Numbered from the stretch's first letter, positions 29,015-39,729 are shown. The stretch is 64,000 bases of DNA from an uncultured Candidatus Saccharibacteria bacterium (GCA_964407105.1 CAYOUG010000001.1:164273-228272), one strand, 5' to 3'. Translations and numbers: made by a program. Notes: generated by a model from the sequence alone, not told the origin.

Positions 29015-31114
29015 ATGAAACGATTTTTTAGAAACAAAAAAACACGCTTCATCTTTGCAACACTTGTTGTGGCATTTTTCATATGTATTCCTCTAGTTAC
29101 TTTCGCAGAGGTCACTTCACCTTCATCACCAGCACCGGGGTGGTTTGGAACCGAAATTCTTGCTGCAGTAACTGGAGTTTTTAATAGACTCCTAGCCCTT
29201 GCTGGCGCATTTGCCATGATGCTCACAAGTTGGATTTTGTGGGCTTCCGGATCACTTCTTACTGAAGTATTGAAATACACCGTTCTGAACATGTCACAAA
29301 ATATTAATTCTATTAGCGCTATAAATGTTGCGTGGACAGTATTCAGAGATCTCGCAAACATGTTTTTCATTTTTATACTTCTTTATGCGGCCATCGGCAC
29401 CATTTTAGGTTTAAGCGGCGTCAATGCAAAAAAAATGGTCGTCAATATAGTTATTATTGCGCTTCTTATAAATTTCAGCTTATTTTTCACAAAAATAATT
29501 ATCGACGCATCAAACATCGTTACTATTGGTTTTTACAATAGAATAACCTCATCTATAGGAGAAAATGGTGGTCTTGCCACACCTTTTATGAACAAAATGG
29601 GGATAGTGGGTATGTTTAGTATTGATGGAATAATGTCTGATAGTGGTGCCTTATCATCAAACAAAACCCTCACAGAAATAGCGCTCACTGGAATAATGGG
29701 CTCCATATTTATTCTTGTAACCGCTTTCGTCTTTTTTGCTGCCAACATTATGTTTATTGGCCGATTTGTGATTTTGATATTTTTAATGATACTTTCTCCG
29801 CTTGCTTTTGCTGCAATGGCATTACCGAAAGATAAATATTCATCTGATTGGTGGAAGTCCTTACTTGATCAAGCGCTTTTTGCACCAGCCTTTTTAGCGA
29901 TGATGTATGCCACCTTACTCATTGTAGAGGGCTTAAATATACCAAATGCTGGTTTTGCAAAAGTATTTGTCCCTGGAGAAGATGGTAAGGCACCAGATCT
30001 TGCTATGGTACAGGTTCTTATGAATTACATAATTATCATAGTAATGATAATAGCCTGTCTTATTATTGCTAAAAAATTTGGCGCACACGGATCAGGTGAA
30101 ATGATCAAGCGTGGCCAAAAACTCCGTGGTTGGGCACAAGGTAAGGTAGGGAGGGGGGCTTTGCGAGGAACGGGTCTTGCTGCCCTTGATAGAAAATTTG
30201 CAGATTCAGATTTTGCAAAAACACGAACAGGTAACATTTTTCGCAGTATGACAACCGGCGCAATTACCAATGCAAAATTTGGCTCTGATACTTCAATACA
30301 AAAAGTAGATAAGGCAAACAAAGATCTTGATAAAAAATACAATGAGGGTGTAATGAAAGGTGTGGAGAAAAAATTTGAAAAAAGTTTGCCAGAACAACGA
30401 AAAAACTATATTGGCGATTTAAACAAAAAAATTGATGAATCTGGTACAAAAAAGTTTGAGACCGAAGCACAACTTATGACAAAACGAGAAGAGCTCGAAG
30501 ATGCTATCGCAAATGGAAAAGCAGTACGACCAGAAAGAGAACTACCTAAACTAGAACGAGAAATAACCGAAAGAGAAGGGCAGTTGCGTCGAGCTTCATC
30601 GGGCGGGCTAGCCATTCCTAAGAGTGAAATTGATCGTGTCAATACAGAAATTGCAGAAAGAAGAGAGAAGGTAAGAGTTACAAAAGAAATACAAAAACAA
30701 ATTGAAAATTTAAAAAAAGAGTCAGACACCACACAAAAAGAAATTAGTAGTTTTGAACAAGAAAAGAAAACTACTCAATCTAATATGGATGGTGGCTTTG
30801 TCGCTACAAAAAGCGAAAAGGGTCGTTGGTTAAATCAGGCATACGAAGAAAAAGCTAAAAGTCTCGAATCCTTGGGACCAACACTAGAAGCTGGTAAGAA
30901 AATGTTCCCCGGAACATCAAGAGTTATCGGTGCTCTTGGTAAACTTCGTCCAACATATCTAGATTTTGAAATGGGTCTAACAGCAAAAAAAGATGTCGTA
31001 AAAGAGTTGCGCAAAAAAACACAAGGTGGCGGTAAAGAAAAGGATATAATAAATCAACTTAAAGAATCTCTAAAAAATGCAGGTGAATTGGAAGATGGGG
31101 GAGAAAAAAAATAA
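29015..31114 (+). CDS. VirB6/TrbL-like polytopic membrane protein with coiled-coil tail
   Basis: W...RDLAN.FFI, ALLINFS.F....IID.SN, GR...L..L.ILSPLAF, WW..L; operon context. Confidence 0.75.
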   Translation: MKRFFRNKKTRFIFATLVVAFFICIPLVTFAEVTSPSSPAPGWFGTEILAAVTGVFNRLLALAGAFAMMLTSWILWASGSLLTEVLKYTVLNMSQNINSISAINVAWTVFRDLANMFFIFILLYAAIGTILGLSGVNAKKMVVNIVIIALLINFSLFFTKIIIDASNIVTIGFYNRITSSIGENGGLATPFMNKMGIVGMFSIDGIMSDSGALSSNKTLTEIALTGIMGSIFILVTAFVFFAANIMFIGRFVILIFLMILSPLAFAAMALPKDKYSSDWWKSLLDQALFAPAFLAMMYATLLIVEGLNIPNAGFAKVFVPGEDGKAPDLAMVQVLMNYIIIIVMIIACLIIAKKFGAHGSGEMIKRGQKLRGWAQGKVGRGALRGTGLAALDRKFADSDFAKTRTGNIFRSMTTGAITNAKFGSDTSIQKVDKANKDLDKKYNEGVMKGVEKKFEKSLPEQRKNYIGDLNKKIDESGTKKFETEAQLMTKREELEDAIANGKAVRPERELPKLEREITEREGQLRRASSGGLAIPKSEIDRVNTEIAERREKVRVTKEIQKQIENLKKESDTTQKEISSFEQEKKTTQSNMDGGFVATKSEKGRWLNQAYEEKAKSLESLGPTLEAGKKMFPGTSRVIGALGKLRPTYLDFEMGLTAKKDVVKELRKKTQGGGKEKDIINQLKESLKNAGELEDGGEKK

Positions 31115-31120
31115 AAAACA

Positions 31121-31870
31121 ATGGATGACTTTCAAATAAAAAAAATAATACAAGAACAGTGGGGTATACTTCCTGAAAACATTCAAAAACTTATTCTGTC
31201 CTCGGAATTTGATTCAAAAATCGAACAAATTTCTAGAAAATACAATCTTCTTGGAAATCAAACTGTTAACCTAAAAAATGAGATTGTTTTTGTGCTTCTT
31301 GGTCTTGTTCATCTTATGGATTTTACCCAAAATCTAGAGCATGAACTTGCAATTCCAAAAGAACAGGCACGCTTACTAGCTCAAGAGGTTGGCGCACAGA
31401 TATTTGCCAATGTAAAAGAATCTCTCAGGGAACTTGGCAAAACACTCGAATTGGAAAATGCTCAAGATTCTCAGAATTCATTGGGTACAGACCAGCAAAA
31501 ACCAACAAATCAAAACGTTCCACCCCCAATCGCAACGGTACAAGGAGTACACATGCAAAAAGAATCGCTCACCCCAGAAACACAAGACAGTATAATTACT
31601 GCTAGCGCGAATGTAGAAAAGGAAGAGGGGAACGTGCAAACAGGTATTGTAGAAGACGTTGCATCATTAAACAAAGAAACCTTACTTAAAGAAATAGAAT
31701 CTCCAGCTCTCATTACCGCCCACGCATCAACCCCAGAATACGAACCAACAATAATAGATAAAAAACTTAGTGGCATAATGAAAGTGCCACGCGAAGAGGT
31801 GCGTGTAAATGTAGATGCAAACACACCAAGCTATAAAGGTACCGATCCATACCGTGAACCTTTAGAATAA
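31121..31870 (+). CDS. Hypothetical protein ending DPYREP
   Basis: 249-aa ORF within the operon. Confidence 0.75.
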   Translation: MDDFQIKKIIQEQWGILPENIQKLILSSEFDSKIEQISRKYNLLGNQTVNLKNEIVFVLLGLVHLMDFTQNLEHELAIPKEQARLLAQEVGAQIFANVKESLRELGKTLELENAQDSQNSLGTDQQKPTNQNVPPPIATVQGVHMQKESLTPETQDSIITASANVEKEEGNVQTGIVEDVASLNKETLLKEIESPALITAHASTPEYEPTIIDKKLSGIMKVPREEVRVNVDANTPSYKGTDPYREPLE

Positions 31871-31874
31871 AATT

Positions 31875-32300
31875 ATGAGATTTCAAGTCCCACAATTTAC
31901 TGACGTTGAAGATAAAATTTTTGGCGCACTCACTTTTAAGCAGTTTATATATCTTGCTGGAAGCGCTGGAGCATGCGTCATTTTGTACTACATCATTCCG
32001 TTCAAAATTATTTCTTTCATGTTTATGTTTCCGATAATCGCTTTCGGCCTTGCTTTAGCATTTTACAAAGTAAACAATAAACCTTTTATTCGTGTAGTAG
32101 AAGCATTTTTTAAATATTCAGTCACAAGCAAACTATATATTTGGAAACATGAACCCAAAAAAATAACGGCAATGTCTACTCCAAAAGAATTTTCGTCATC
32201 TTTTTTACCAAAACTTTCAGAAAGTAAGCTAAAAGATCTCACCTGGACACTTGACGTTACAGAAAATATAAACAAAAAGGTTCCTTCTGATTTTAAATAA
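31875..32300 (+). CDS. PrgI-family (VirB3-like) protein
   Basis: FQVPQF..VEDKIFG.LTFKQF followed by two TM segments. Confidence 0.85.
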   Translation: MRFQVPQFTDVEDKIFGALTFKQFIYLAGSAGACVILYYIIPFKIISFMFMFPIIAFGLALAFYKVNNKPFIRVVEAFFKYSVTSKLYIWKHEPKKITAMSTPKEFSSSFLPKLSESKLKDLTWTLDVTENINKKVPSDFK

Positions 32301-32327
32301 AAGGAATATAGGATATAATTTCTAAAT

Positions 32328-32972
32328 ATGGCAACCAATGCACGAGCTTCTCAAGAATTTGTGCCGATTAATGACATTCAAAATGGCATTGTCACTTTAA
32401 AAGACGGCTCATTACGTGCTGTACTTATGGCATCTTCTGTAAATTTTTCTCTTAAATCAGAAGAAGAGCGTGCAGCCATCATGTTTCAATTTCAAGATTT
32501 TTTAAACTCTCTTGATTTCACTGTACAAATTTTTATTCAATCACGACGTCTAGACATTCGTCCATACATTAATCTTCTTGAAGAACGCAAGAAAGCGCAA
32601 GTAAACGATCTCATGAAAATTCAGGTGGAAGAATATATTGGTTTTATCAAAAACTTTACCGACAACACCAATATTATGACTAAACATTTTTTCATAATCG
32701 TGCCGTATTCTCCTGCAATTCTTCAAAAGGGTGGCAATAATCCCGTCACTGGTTTATTTAAAAATAAAAAAAATGATGAAGAGATAAAAATTAATACACA
32801 AGAGGCATTCGAGGAACGACGCACTCAGCTAGAACAACGTTTGGCGGTGGTGGAGCAGGGGCTTGTCCGCTCAGGAGTACGTGTAGTACAGCTTGGAACA
32901 GAAGAAATCGTCGAACTTTTTTACAAAATTTTCAATCCCGGCGAAGCAGAGAAACCAATTCACATTCAATAA
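32328..32972 (+). CDS. Accessory subunit associated with VirB4 (TraE/PrgI-C-like)
   Basis: I.NG....KDG.....L..SSVNF.LKS.EE.......FLNSL.F.VQI; lies between prgI and virB4. Confidence 0.7.
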   Translation: MATNARASQEFVPINDIQNGIVTLKDGSLRAVLMASSVNFSLKSEEERAAIMFQFQDFLNSLDFTVQIFIQSRRLDIRPYINLLEERKKAQVNDLMKIQVEEYIGFIKNFTDNTNIMTKHFFIIVPYSPAILQKGGNNPVTGLFKNKKNDEEIKINTQEAFEERRTQLEQRLAVVEQGLVRSGVRVVQLGTEEIVELFYKIFNPGEAEKPIHIQ

Positions 32973-32973
32973 T

Positions 32974-34788
32974 ATGAGCTTTTTAGAAAATATATTTGGT
33001 GGTAAAAAGAAAGAGGAAACAGTAGGAATGCTTCCTCAGGAAATTTATCAAGCGCAAACACTTGAATTAAAAGATATTATCGCACCAAGCGCCCTAAAAA
33101 TTGCTCCAAAAGAACTAAATTTAGGAGATAAAATTGTACGAACATTTTTTGTTATTTCATACCCGCGTTTTCTTGGTGAAAGTTGGTTTGCGCCAATTAT
33201 TAATCTTGACCGTGTTTTTGATGTCTCTATTTTTATACATCCAGTAGACACAGTGAAAGTTTTGAGACAATTTCAAAAAAAGGTGGCTGAGGTGCAAAGT
33301 CAGATTCATGAACGAGAAGACAAGGGAATGGTGCGTGACCCAATGCTTGATACCGCATATCAAGATCTCGAAAATCTTCGTGATAGTTTACAGCAAGCAC
33401 AAGAAAAACTTTTTGATGTTGGTTTGTACATTTCCATTTATGCAGAAAGTGATGCTGAACTCGATAAAATCGAATCAGAAATACGATCCATTCTTGAATC
33501 AAAGCTTGTTTACGTAAAACCCGCACTTTTCCAACAAGAACAAGGCTATAAAAGCGTGCTTCCTATTGGTACGGACATTCTTGAGGTGCATTCAAAGCTC
33601 AATTCTTCACCGCTTTCAAGTCTTTTTCCTTTTATTTCTTTTGATCTTACGTCTGATAAAGGAATTTTGTATGGTATCAATCGCCACAATTCAAGTCTTG
33701 TACTTTTTGATCGTTTCTCACTTGAAAATTACAACTCTATTACTTTCGCAAAGTCTGGTTCTGGAAAATCTTACGCAACAAAGCTAGAAATTTTGCGTAC
33801 CCTTATGTTTGATACCGAAGTTATAGTTATTGACCCTGAACGAGAATATGAATATATGGCTGAGGCTGTTGGTGGAAGATACTTTAAAATTTCCCTCAAC
33901 TCCGAACACCACATTAATCCATTTGATCTACCCCTTCCAGGAGAGGGTGAGTCTGGAGAAAGCGTGCTTAGAAGTAATATTATCAATCTTGTGGGTCTTT
34001 TTAGGCTTATGCTTGGTGGTATTAGTGCAGAAGAAGACGCAATTATCGACAGAGCAATTACAGAAACATACGCATTAAAAGACATCACGGCCCAGTCTAA
34101 TTTTGCAAATATAGATCCACCACTAATGTCTGATTTCGAGCTTGTGTTGGGGGGAATGGAGGGTGGGGAATCACTAGCGCAACGTCTTACTAAATACACG
34201 AGAGGTACGTGGGCTGGGTTTATCAATCGTCCTACAAATATTGATATTAATAAAAAGTTTATTGTGTTTTCGTTGCGCGACATGGAAGACGAGCTCAAAC
34301 CTATCGCCATGTACATTGTGATGCACTATATTTGGAGTGCAATTCGCAAAGAACTTAAAAAACGCCTCTTGGTAATAGACGAGGCGTGGTGGATGATGAA
34401 ATCCGAAGACACGGCCTCGTTTCTCCTCTCACTCGCTAAACGCGGCCGAAAATATTACCTCGGCCTAGCCACCATCACCCAAGACGTTGACGATTTCCTC
34501 AAGTCTCCATACGGAATGCCGATTATCACCAACTCCTCAATTCAAATTTTACTCAAACAATCTCCAACATCTATAGACAAGCTCCAACAAACATTCAACC
34601 TCACCGACGAAGAAAAATATTTACTCCTTGAAAGCTCGGTAGGAGAGGGAATTTTCTTTGCTGGCCTAAAACACGTCGCAATAAAAATTATTGCATCGTA
34701 TACCGAAGATCAAATCATTACATCCGACCCATCTCAAGTGCTTTCTATTCAACAAGCAAAACGCGATCTGGAACAGTCTCAACAATAA
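32974..34788 (+). CDS. VirB4-family secretion ATPase
   Basis: Walker A AKSGSGKS, IDPEREY, INPFD, Walker B VIDEAW, R.RKY and TQ motifs. Confidence 0.9.
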   Translation: MSFLENIFGGKKKEETVGMLPQEIYQAQTLELKDIIAPSALKIAPKELNLGDKIVRTFFVISYPRFLGESWFAPIINLDRVFDVSIFIHPVDTVKVLRQFQKKVAEVQSQIHEREDKGMVRDPMLDTAYQDLENLRDSLQQAQEKLFDVGLYISIYAESDAELDKIESEIRSILESKLVYVKPALFQQEQGYKSVLPIGTDILEVHSKLNSSPLSSLFPFISFDLTSDKGILYGINRHNSSLVLFDRFSLENYNSITFAKSGSGKSYATKLEILRTLMFDTEVIVIDPEREYEYMAEAVGGRYFKISLNSEHHINPFDLPLPGEGESGESVLRSNIINLVGLFRLMLGGISAEEDAIIDRAITETYALKDITAQSNFANIDPPLMSDFELVLGGMEGGESLAQRLTKYTRGTWAGFINRPTNIDINKKFIVFSLRDMEDELKPIAMYIVMHYIWSAIRKELKKRLLVIDEAWWMMKSEDTASFLLSLAKRGRKYYLGLATITQDVDDFLKSPYGMPIITNSSIQILLKQSPTSIDKLQQTFNLTDEEKYLLLESSVGEGIFFAGLKHVAIKIIASYTEDQIITSDPSQVLSIQQAKRDLEQSQQ

Positions 34789-34795
34789 AAACTTT

Positions 34796-35224
34796 ATGGA
34801 ATCAAAACTCACCACCCTAACAGCCGGACTAATGATCACAGTAGCTGTGATTTTTGATATTATTCAAGCACTTCTTGATTTGCTTCACTTTATACCGCTT
34901 GTGGGAAACATATTTGCAATTATTTCCACCTCACTGCTTTCTGTTTTCGCGTGGCTCACATTCTATTTGTGGATGAAAATAAAAGGAATAGATTTTGCAA
35001 GCCCAAAACGCTCGCTTAGTCTTGGTGGTGGTTTTATTTTTGAACTTATTCCAATATTAAATGCTCTTCCGGGATGGACACTTGCTGTAATACTTATTAT
35101 TGGAAGTATGCGTGCTGAAGAATTGATTGCAAAAACCACAGGTATAAACGTAAATATTTCTTCTGGAGTATCGCCGATACCAAATCCAACACAAGCTATT
35201 AAAAACACACCATTGAACAAATAG
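34796..35224 (+). CDS. Small membrane protein
   Basis: Hydrophobic; ELIP.LN.LP.WT motif. Confidence 0.7.
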   Translation: MESKLTTLTAGLMITVAVIFDIIQALLDLLHFIPLVGNIFAIISTSLLSVFAWLTFYLWMKIKGIDFASPKRSLSLGGGFIFELIPILNALPGWTLAVILIIGSMRAEELIAKTTGINVNISSGVSPIPNPTQAIKNTPLNK

Positions 35225-36264
35225 TGTATCGTGCTAAAATTATGAAGTACTCTTTGTATATGCTCCATTCTTCTATAAAAATAATATGTGTGACACTTGT
35301 TTTGTTTTTTGCATGCACACTAAGTGCGTCCGCTCAATTGGGCAATCCATCAGCAGAAAGCGTGCAGTTTTTTATTACACCAGAAAATCCTGGATCAAAT
35401 GAACTTGTAAAAATCAGGGTGGAAAGTTTTACATCAGACCTAAATTCAAAAGAAATTACTTGGTCACTAAATGATAAAATCCAAAAAAAAGCGGTGGGCG
35501 ACAAAAATTTTGAGTTTACTACCGGCCCACTTGGAAGTGTCTCTAAAATAACCTTTTCTACAAACACAATAACTAAAAGTGTAACCCTACGCCCAGTAGA
35601 TCTTTTTATAACTTGGCAAACCAACACCTACACACCACCTTTTTATAAAGGAAAAGCAGTGTACACCAACCAAAGCTCAATACAGTTTGTGGCACTTCCT
35701 ATGTTTGTTGGATCAAATGGAAAAACAATAGATCCAAAAAATTTAATATATAAATGGACAAGAGACGACTCCGTACTCAACAACGAATCTGGCTATGGAA
35801 AACAGGTCCTTTCTACTAGCGGTGGAACACTCGCAAAACCAATATTAATTAATCTTGAGGTTACGAGTGCCGACGGACTACTTAAAGCGAAAAGAGAAAT
35901 CGAGGTTGAAGGAAATCTTCCAAGAATTATATTTTACGAAAATCATCCACTCTACGGAATCACGTATCGCAATGCATTACCAGACATCTTTACACTCACA
36001 AGTAAAGAAATAAGTCTTGTCGCCGCACCTTATTTTTTTGATATAAGTGGAAAATTAGACTCAAATCTTTCATATGTATGGAAAATGAATGGGGAAGTCA
36101 TAGAAAATCAAGAAAATCCATCAACACTTACACTTCGAAGACCTGAGGGTTCTGCTGGTGGCAAAGCAAATATATCTCTTATGACTTCTCACCTTGCAAA
36201 AATTATTCAATTTACAAACAAATCTTTAGATATTAATTTTGAAGCTCTAAATATTTCCGATTAA
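35224..36264 (+). CDS. Secreted protein with three Ig-like beta domains (true start probably slightly downstream)
   Basis: Signal peptide ending ASAQ; recurring (I/Y)xW..(N/D) strands; YTPPFYKGK. Confidence 0.7.
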   Translation: MYRAKIMKYSLYMLHSSIKIICVTLVLFFACTLSASAQLGNPSAESVQFFITPENPGSNELVKIRVESFTSDLNSKEITWSLNDKIQKKAVGDKNFEFTTGPLGSVSKITFSTNTITKSVTLRPVDLFITWQTNTYTPPFYKGKAVYTNQSSIQFVALPMFVGSNGKTIDPKNLIYKWTRDDSVLNNESGYGKQVLSTSGGTLAKPILINLEVTSADGLLKAKREIEVEGNLPRIIFYENHPLYGITYRNALPDIFTLTSKEISLVAAPYFFDISGKLDSNLSYVWKMNGEVIENQENPSTLTLRRPEGSAGGKANISLMTSHLAKIIQFTNKSLDINFEALNISD

Positions 36265-36269
36265 AATAT

Positions 36270-37115
36270 ATGATAAAAAACGCAAAAAAATATCTTGGTT
36301 TTATAATAATTTTGATAACTATTTTAAGTATACATGGTGCTTTTTTAACAAAAACGACTTTTGCAGAGCTTGAATCTGGTGGCACCACAGGAGGTTTTAC
36401 AAATTACAAACCCCTTATTCCACTTCCAATTGGACCAAACGGTAGCAACGAAACACCTACAGAACTTTCAAAATACCTACCTGCAATGTTTCAATTTTTT
36501 ATAGGTATTGCTGGAGTACTTGCTGTGGTAATGATCGTAATTGGTGGAATACAATATATGTCTACTGATGCGGTCTATGGTAAAAGTGCTGGAAAAGAAA
36601 AAATCGCTCAAGCACTTGGTGGACTTTTGCTCGCTATTGTTGCTTGGCTTATTCTTTATTCCATCAACCCAAATCTTTTAAATACAGTTCTTGGTGGGCC
36701 AAATACACAAATGGCCAGTTCAACACCAACAAACCCAATACCACACACAGCAAGAGTAACGTATCACGTACAAAACACATATGGACCACCAACAACCGAG
36801 TGTAAAAGTACATATCCATCACCACAAGCATGTGCACAATCACTTACACAACTAGAAGCATCATATCCAACGCCACCATATGCCAACGTATCTGTTGGTT
36901 GTGATGTTGAGTGCAATCCAACACCTCCACCCCCACCATATTCACTTATGGTTACCTATCATGTACAGGGCATACCAGGACCACCAAAAGTAGCCTGTTA
37001 CCCTTATACTGGTCCCGTAGAATGTCAAACAGCATCTGAAAACTTTGATCAATCAGACCAACCAACATGGATTATTCACAACGAAATTTGTACTCAAGAG
37101 TGTACAGAACAATAA
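36270..37115 (+). CDS. VirB2/TrbC-like pilin fused to a duplicated Cys domain
   Basis: IAGVLAVVMIVIGGIQYM...GKEKI.QALGGLLLAI.AWLIL..INP. Confidence 0.8.
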   Translation: MIKNAKKYLGFIIILITILSIHGAFLTKTTFAELESGGTTGGFTNYKPLIPLPIGPNGSNETPTELSKYLPAMFQFFIGIAGVLAVVMIVIGGIQYMSTDAVYGKSAGKEKIAQALGGLLLAIVAWLILYSINPNLLNTVLGGPNTQMASSTPTNPIPHTARVTYHVQNTYGPPTTECKSTYPSPQACAQSLTQLEASYPTPPYANVSVGCDVECNPTPPPPPYSLMVTYHVQGIPGPPKVACYPYTGPVECQTASENFDQSDQPTWIIHNEICTQECTEQ

Positions 37116-37118
37116 ACC

Positions 37119-38357
37119 ATGCTTAAAAAAATTATTATCGTCATAGCTATTATTATCTTACTCGCTTTAGGCGCATTTACTTATCTTTATTTCACATCAC
37201 CAGAAAGCCTTAACTCAATCACAAGCAATGTGGGAATAAACGTGTCAGACTTTTTTCCTTTTGGACAAGAGCCCACAACACCAACAAACACCACAAACAA
37301 TTCTTCGGGAGACACCCCTCCAAACACAACGCCGGCCCAATTACGACAAATATATTCTTCTCCTGTATCTGGTGGGCAGTTTTTCAATATAAACAACAAC
37401 ACCGCTGTGCGTTTTGTGGAACAGTCAACAGGCAACGTATATGAAGCGAATACAGAAAATACGGCCATAGAACGCATCACCAACACCACAATTCCAAAAG
37501 TAACAGAAGCTACTTTTGTAACAAAAGATAGTGTGCTTTTGCGATTTTTACGAGACGATAGTGATCTTATTGAAACTGTATACGGCACAATAAGCACAAC
37601 AACATCTACAAGCACGGTGCAAAGTGAGTTTGCAGACCTTCAAACAACATTTCTCTTTCCAAACATCAAAGACCTTGTTGTTTCTCCTAAAAAAGATAAG
37701 GTTTTTTACATAAATCAATTTTCGATTGGCGCTCTAGGTACCATTGCAAGTCCTAATGGTTCAAATAAGACTGTGGCGTTTGAATCTCCAATTCGTGAGT
37801 GGAACACGCAGTGGCCGACCACCACCACACTAGCACTCACCACAGCGCCAAGTGCACAGGTATCAGGATATTTATATTTCGTAAACACCACCACAGGCAC
37901 GCAACAAAAAATATTAGCAAATATTCCAGGACTAACCACTCTCACAAACACAAACACTTCGAGCGTGCTCTACACAAAAAATAATCTCAAAGGAAGTTTT
38001 TCCCTAAATTTACTTAACACAAAAACAGGAACATCAACCCTTCTTTCTTTTGGTCAAACATTACCAGAAAAATGTGTGTGGAGTAAAAAAAATGTAAACG
38101 TAATGTATTGTGCGGTGCCAAAAGTTATACCAAAAGGGGAATATCCTGATATTTGGTATATGGGTCTTGTTTCTTTTAGTGACAAACTCTGGCGTATCAA
38201 CACAGAAACCAACGAAACAGATATGCTTGTCGATCTTGAAAGTGTGTCTGGACGAACACTCGATGCTATAAAACTTTCTTTGGATACAAATGAAAACTAT
38301 ATTCTGTTTACAAACAAAGCTGACTCAACCTTGTGGAGTTTCGCACTAAATAAATAA
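37119..38357 (+). CDS. Membrane-anchored beta-propeller-like protein
   Basis: N-terminal TM, Thr-rich linker, repeated beta strands, LPEKCVW...YCAVP. Confidence 0.65.
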   Translation: MLKKIIIVIAIIILLALGAFTYLYFTSPESLNSITSNVGINVSDFFPFGQEPTTPTNTTNNSSGDTPPNTTPAQLRQIYSSPVSGGQFFNINNNTAVRFVEQSTGNVYEANTENTAIERITNTTIPKVTEATFVTKDSVLLRFLRDDSDLIETVYGTISTTTSTSTVQSEFADLQTTFLFPNIKDLVVSPKKDKVFYINQFSIGALGTIASPNGSNKTVAFESPIREWNTQWPTTTTLALTTAPSAQVSGYLYFVNTTTGTQQKILANIPGLTTLTNTNTSSVLYTKNNLKGSFSLNLLNTKTGTSTLLSFGQTLPEKCVWSKKNVNVMYCAVPKVIPKGEYPDIWYMGLVSFSDKLWRINTETNETDMLVDLESVSGRTLDAIKLSLDTNENYILFTNKADSTLWSFALNK

Positions 38358-38401
38358 AACAAAAAGATTTTCTCCGCTTTATATTTTATTTTTGAGGTTT
38401 A

Positions 38402-39139
38402 TTATTTCTTAATGTTTCTTTTGAGTACCAATTCTTGTCCGATAGTAAATAAATTACTCGTAATCCAATAAAGTGCGATTGCTGCGGATATTCCATAAGA
38501 GATGAATCCGGCGATAATCGGGAATACATAGATCATTTGTACGCGCATACTACGTGCAAGATCGTGTTTAAATGAATCTGTATTGGTTTTGCCCTGTGTC
38601 TCAGTTTTTTGCTGTGTTTTTGGAGCCATTAATTTTGCTTGAAAAAACGTAGAAATAGCCACAAGCACAGCAAGCACAATACTTTTTGAAGAAATATCTA
38701 TAAGTCCCAAAAACATCATATTAATATAATTGGGAATACCCACAAAACCATATAAAAGTTCTTTGTTTACTGTTGGTAAACCTGAATGCCAAAATATTCT
38801 ATAAAGGGCAAAAATTATTGGTAATTGAATAAATATAAGCAAAATACTCATAAAAGGCCGCACACCTCTTTCTTTGTAAAGTTGCATCGTCTTTCGAGCT
38901 TGTTCTTGTTTATCATCCTTAAACTGTTCACGAATTATTTGAAGCTCTGGTTCTATTTGCTTCATCTGAATCTGTGTTGTGACGGCTTTTTTGGAAAGAG
39001 GGAATAGAATAAGTTTGATTATGATTGTAAACAAAATTACCGCAATTCCAGCATCCACCCAAGGAATTAGATTAATCAACAAAATAAGTCCGTTATAAAG
39101 AGGCTGGTAAACAATTGTGTGGTATATATTTGATATCAT
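38402..39139 (-). CDS. yidC: Membrane protein insertase YidC
   Basis: FTIIIKLILFPL, IQLPI..ALY and LYWITSNLF..GQ motifs; downstream of rnpA. Confidence 0.93.
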   Translation of the reverse strand: MISNIYHTIVYQPLYNGLILLINLIPWVDAGIAVILFTIIIKLILFPLSKKAVTTQIQMKQIEPELQIIREQFKDDKQEQARKTMQLYKERGVRPFMSILLIFIQLPIIFALYRIFWHSGLPTVNKELLYGFVGIPNYINMMFLGLIDISSKSIVLAVLVAISTFFQAKLMAPKTQQKTETQGKTNTDSFKHDLARSMRVQMIYVFPIIAGFISYGISAAIALYWITSNLFTIGQELVLKRNIKK

Positions 39140-39180
39140 CAGGTTATTGTAACTTACGGTGGAAGCATTTTCAAACCACA

Positions 39181-39510
39181 CTACATAAGACGAGCTTTGT
39201 GAAAAAGTTCCTCTATTTCAGACTGTAAAACAGCGAAGGTTATTTTATTAGCTCCTTGTTTTGCAGAAATAACAGTATGTGATGTTTTTTTTATTTGTGG
39301 CAATAGCACACGTATTACCGCATACACACGTCTACGCACTCTGTTTCTGTCTACAGCGCTCTGTGCAACCTTTTTTGAAACAAGAGCGGCATAACCCTCT
39401 TTGGAGGCCGAGATTGTTCGTAATAAGAAGTGGGGGGAATTTTGCAATAAACCCAAAGAAAGAATGCGTCCAAAAGAATCTCTAGGGATCCTTTTTTGTT
39501 TAGGTAGCAT
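39181..39510 (-). CDS. rnpA: RNase P protein component
   Basis: VSKKV..SAVDRNRVRRR motif; synteny. Confidence 0.93.
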   Translation of the reverse strand: MLPKQKRIPRDSFGRILSLGLLQNSPHFLLRTISASKEGYAALVSKKVAQSAVDRNRVRRRVYAVIRVLLPQIKKTSHTVISAKQGANKITFAVLQSEIEELFHKARLM

Positions 39511-39538
39511 ATATAAAAGGAGATTATGCTCTCAGGCC

Positions 39539-39673
39539 TTAAACCGTGAGTCTAGCTCGACCTTTTGCTCGTCTTCGATTGACGGTTTTTTTACCACCAG
39601 CCGTTCGTTTTCGCTTAAGAAAACCGTGTGATTTAGCGCGTTTTCGTTTTTTAGGATTATATGTAAAAGACAT
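39539..39673 (-). CDS. rpmH: 50S ribosomal protein L34 (not in the ORF track)
   Basis: MSFTYNPKKRKRAKSHGFLKRKRTAGGKKTVNRRRAKGRARLTV. Confidence 0.96.
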   Translation of the reverse strand: MSFTYNPKKRKRAKSHGFLKRKRTAGGKKTVNRRRAKGRARLTV

Positions 39674-39729
39674 ATGACAGGAGTATATAGGAGAAATTAT
39701 ATTTATTCAAGTAAAAGTCTATTTTTTTG

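Noticed and set aside
32893-32973. Programmed frameshift fusing the 32328 gene to virB4
   Set aside because: A clean TAA-T-ATG junction at 32970-32976 explains it by translational coupling
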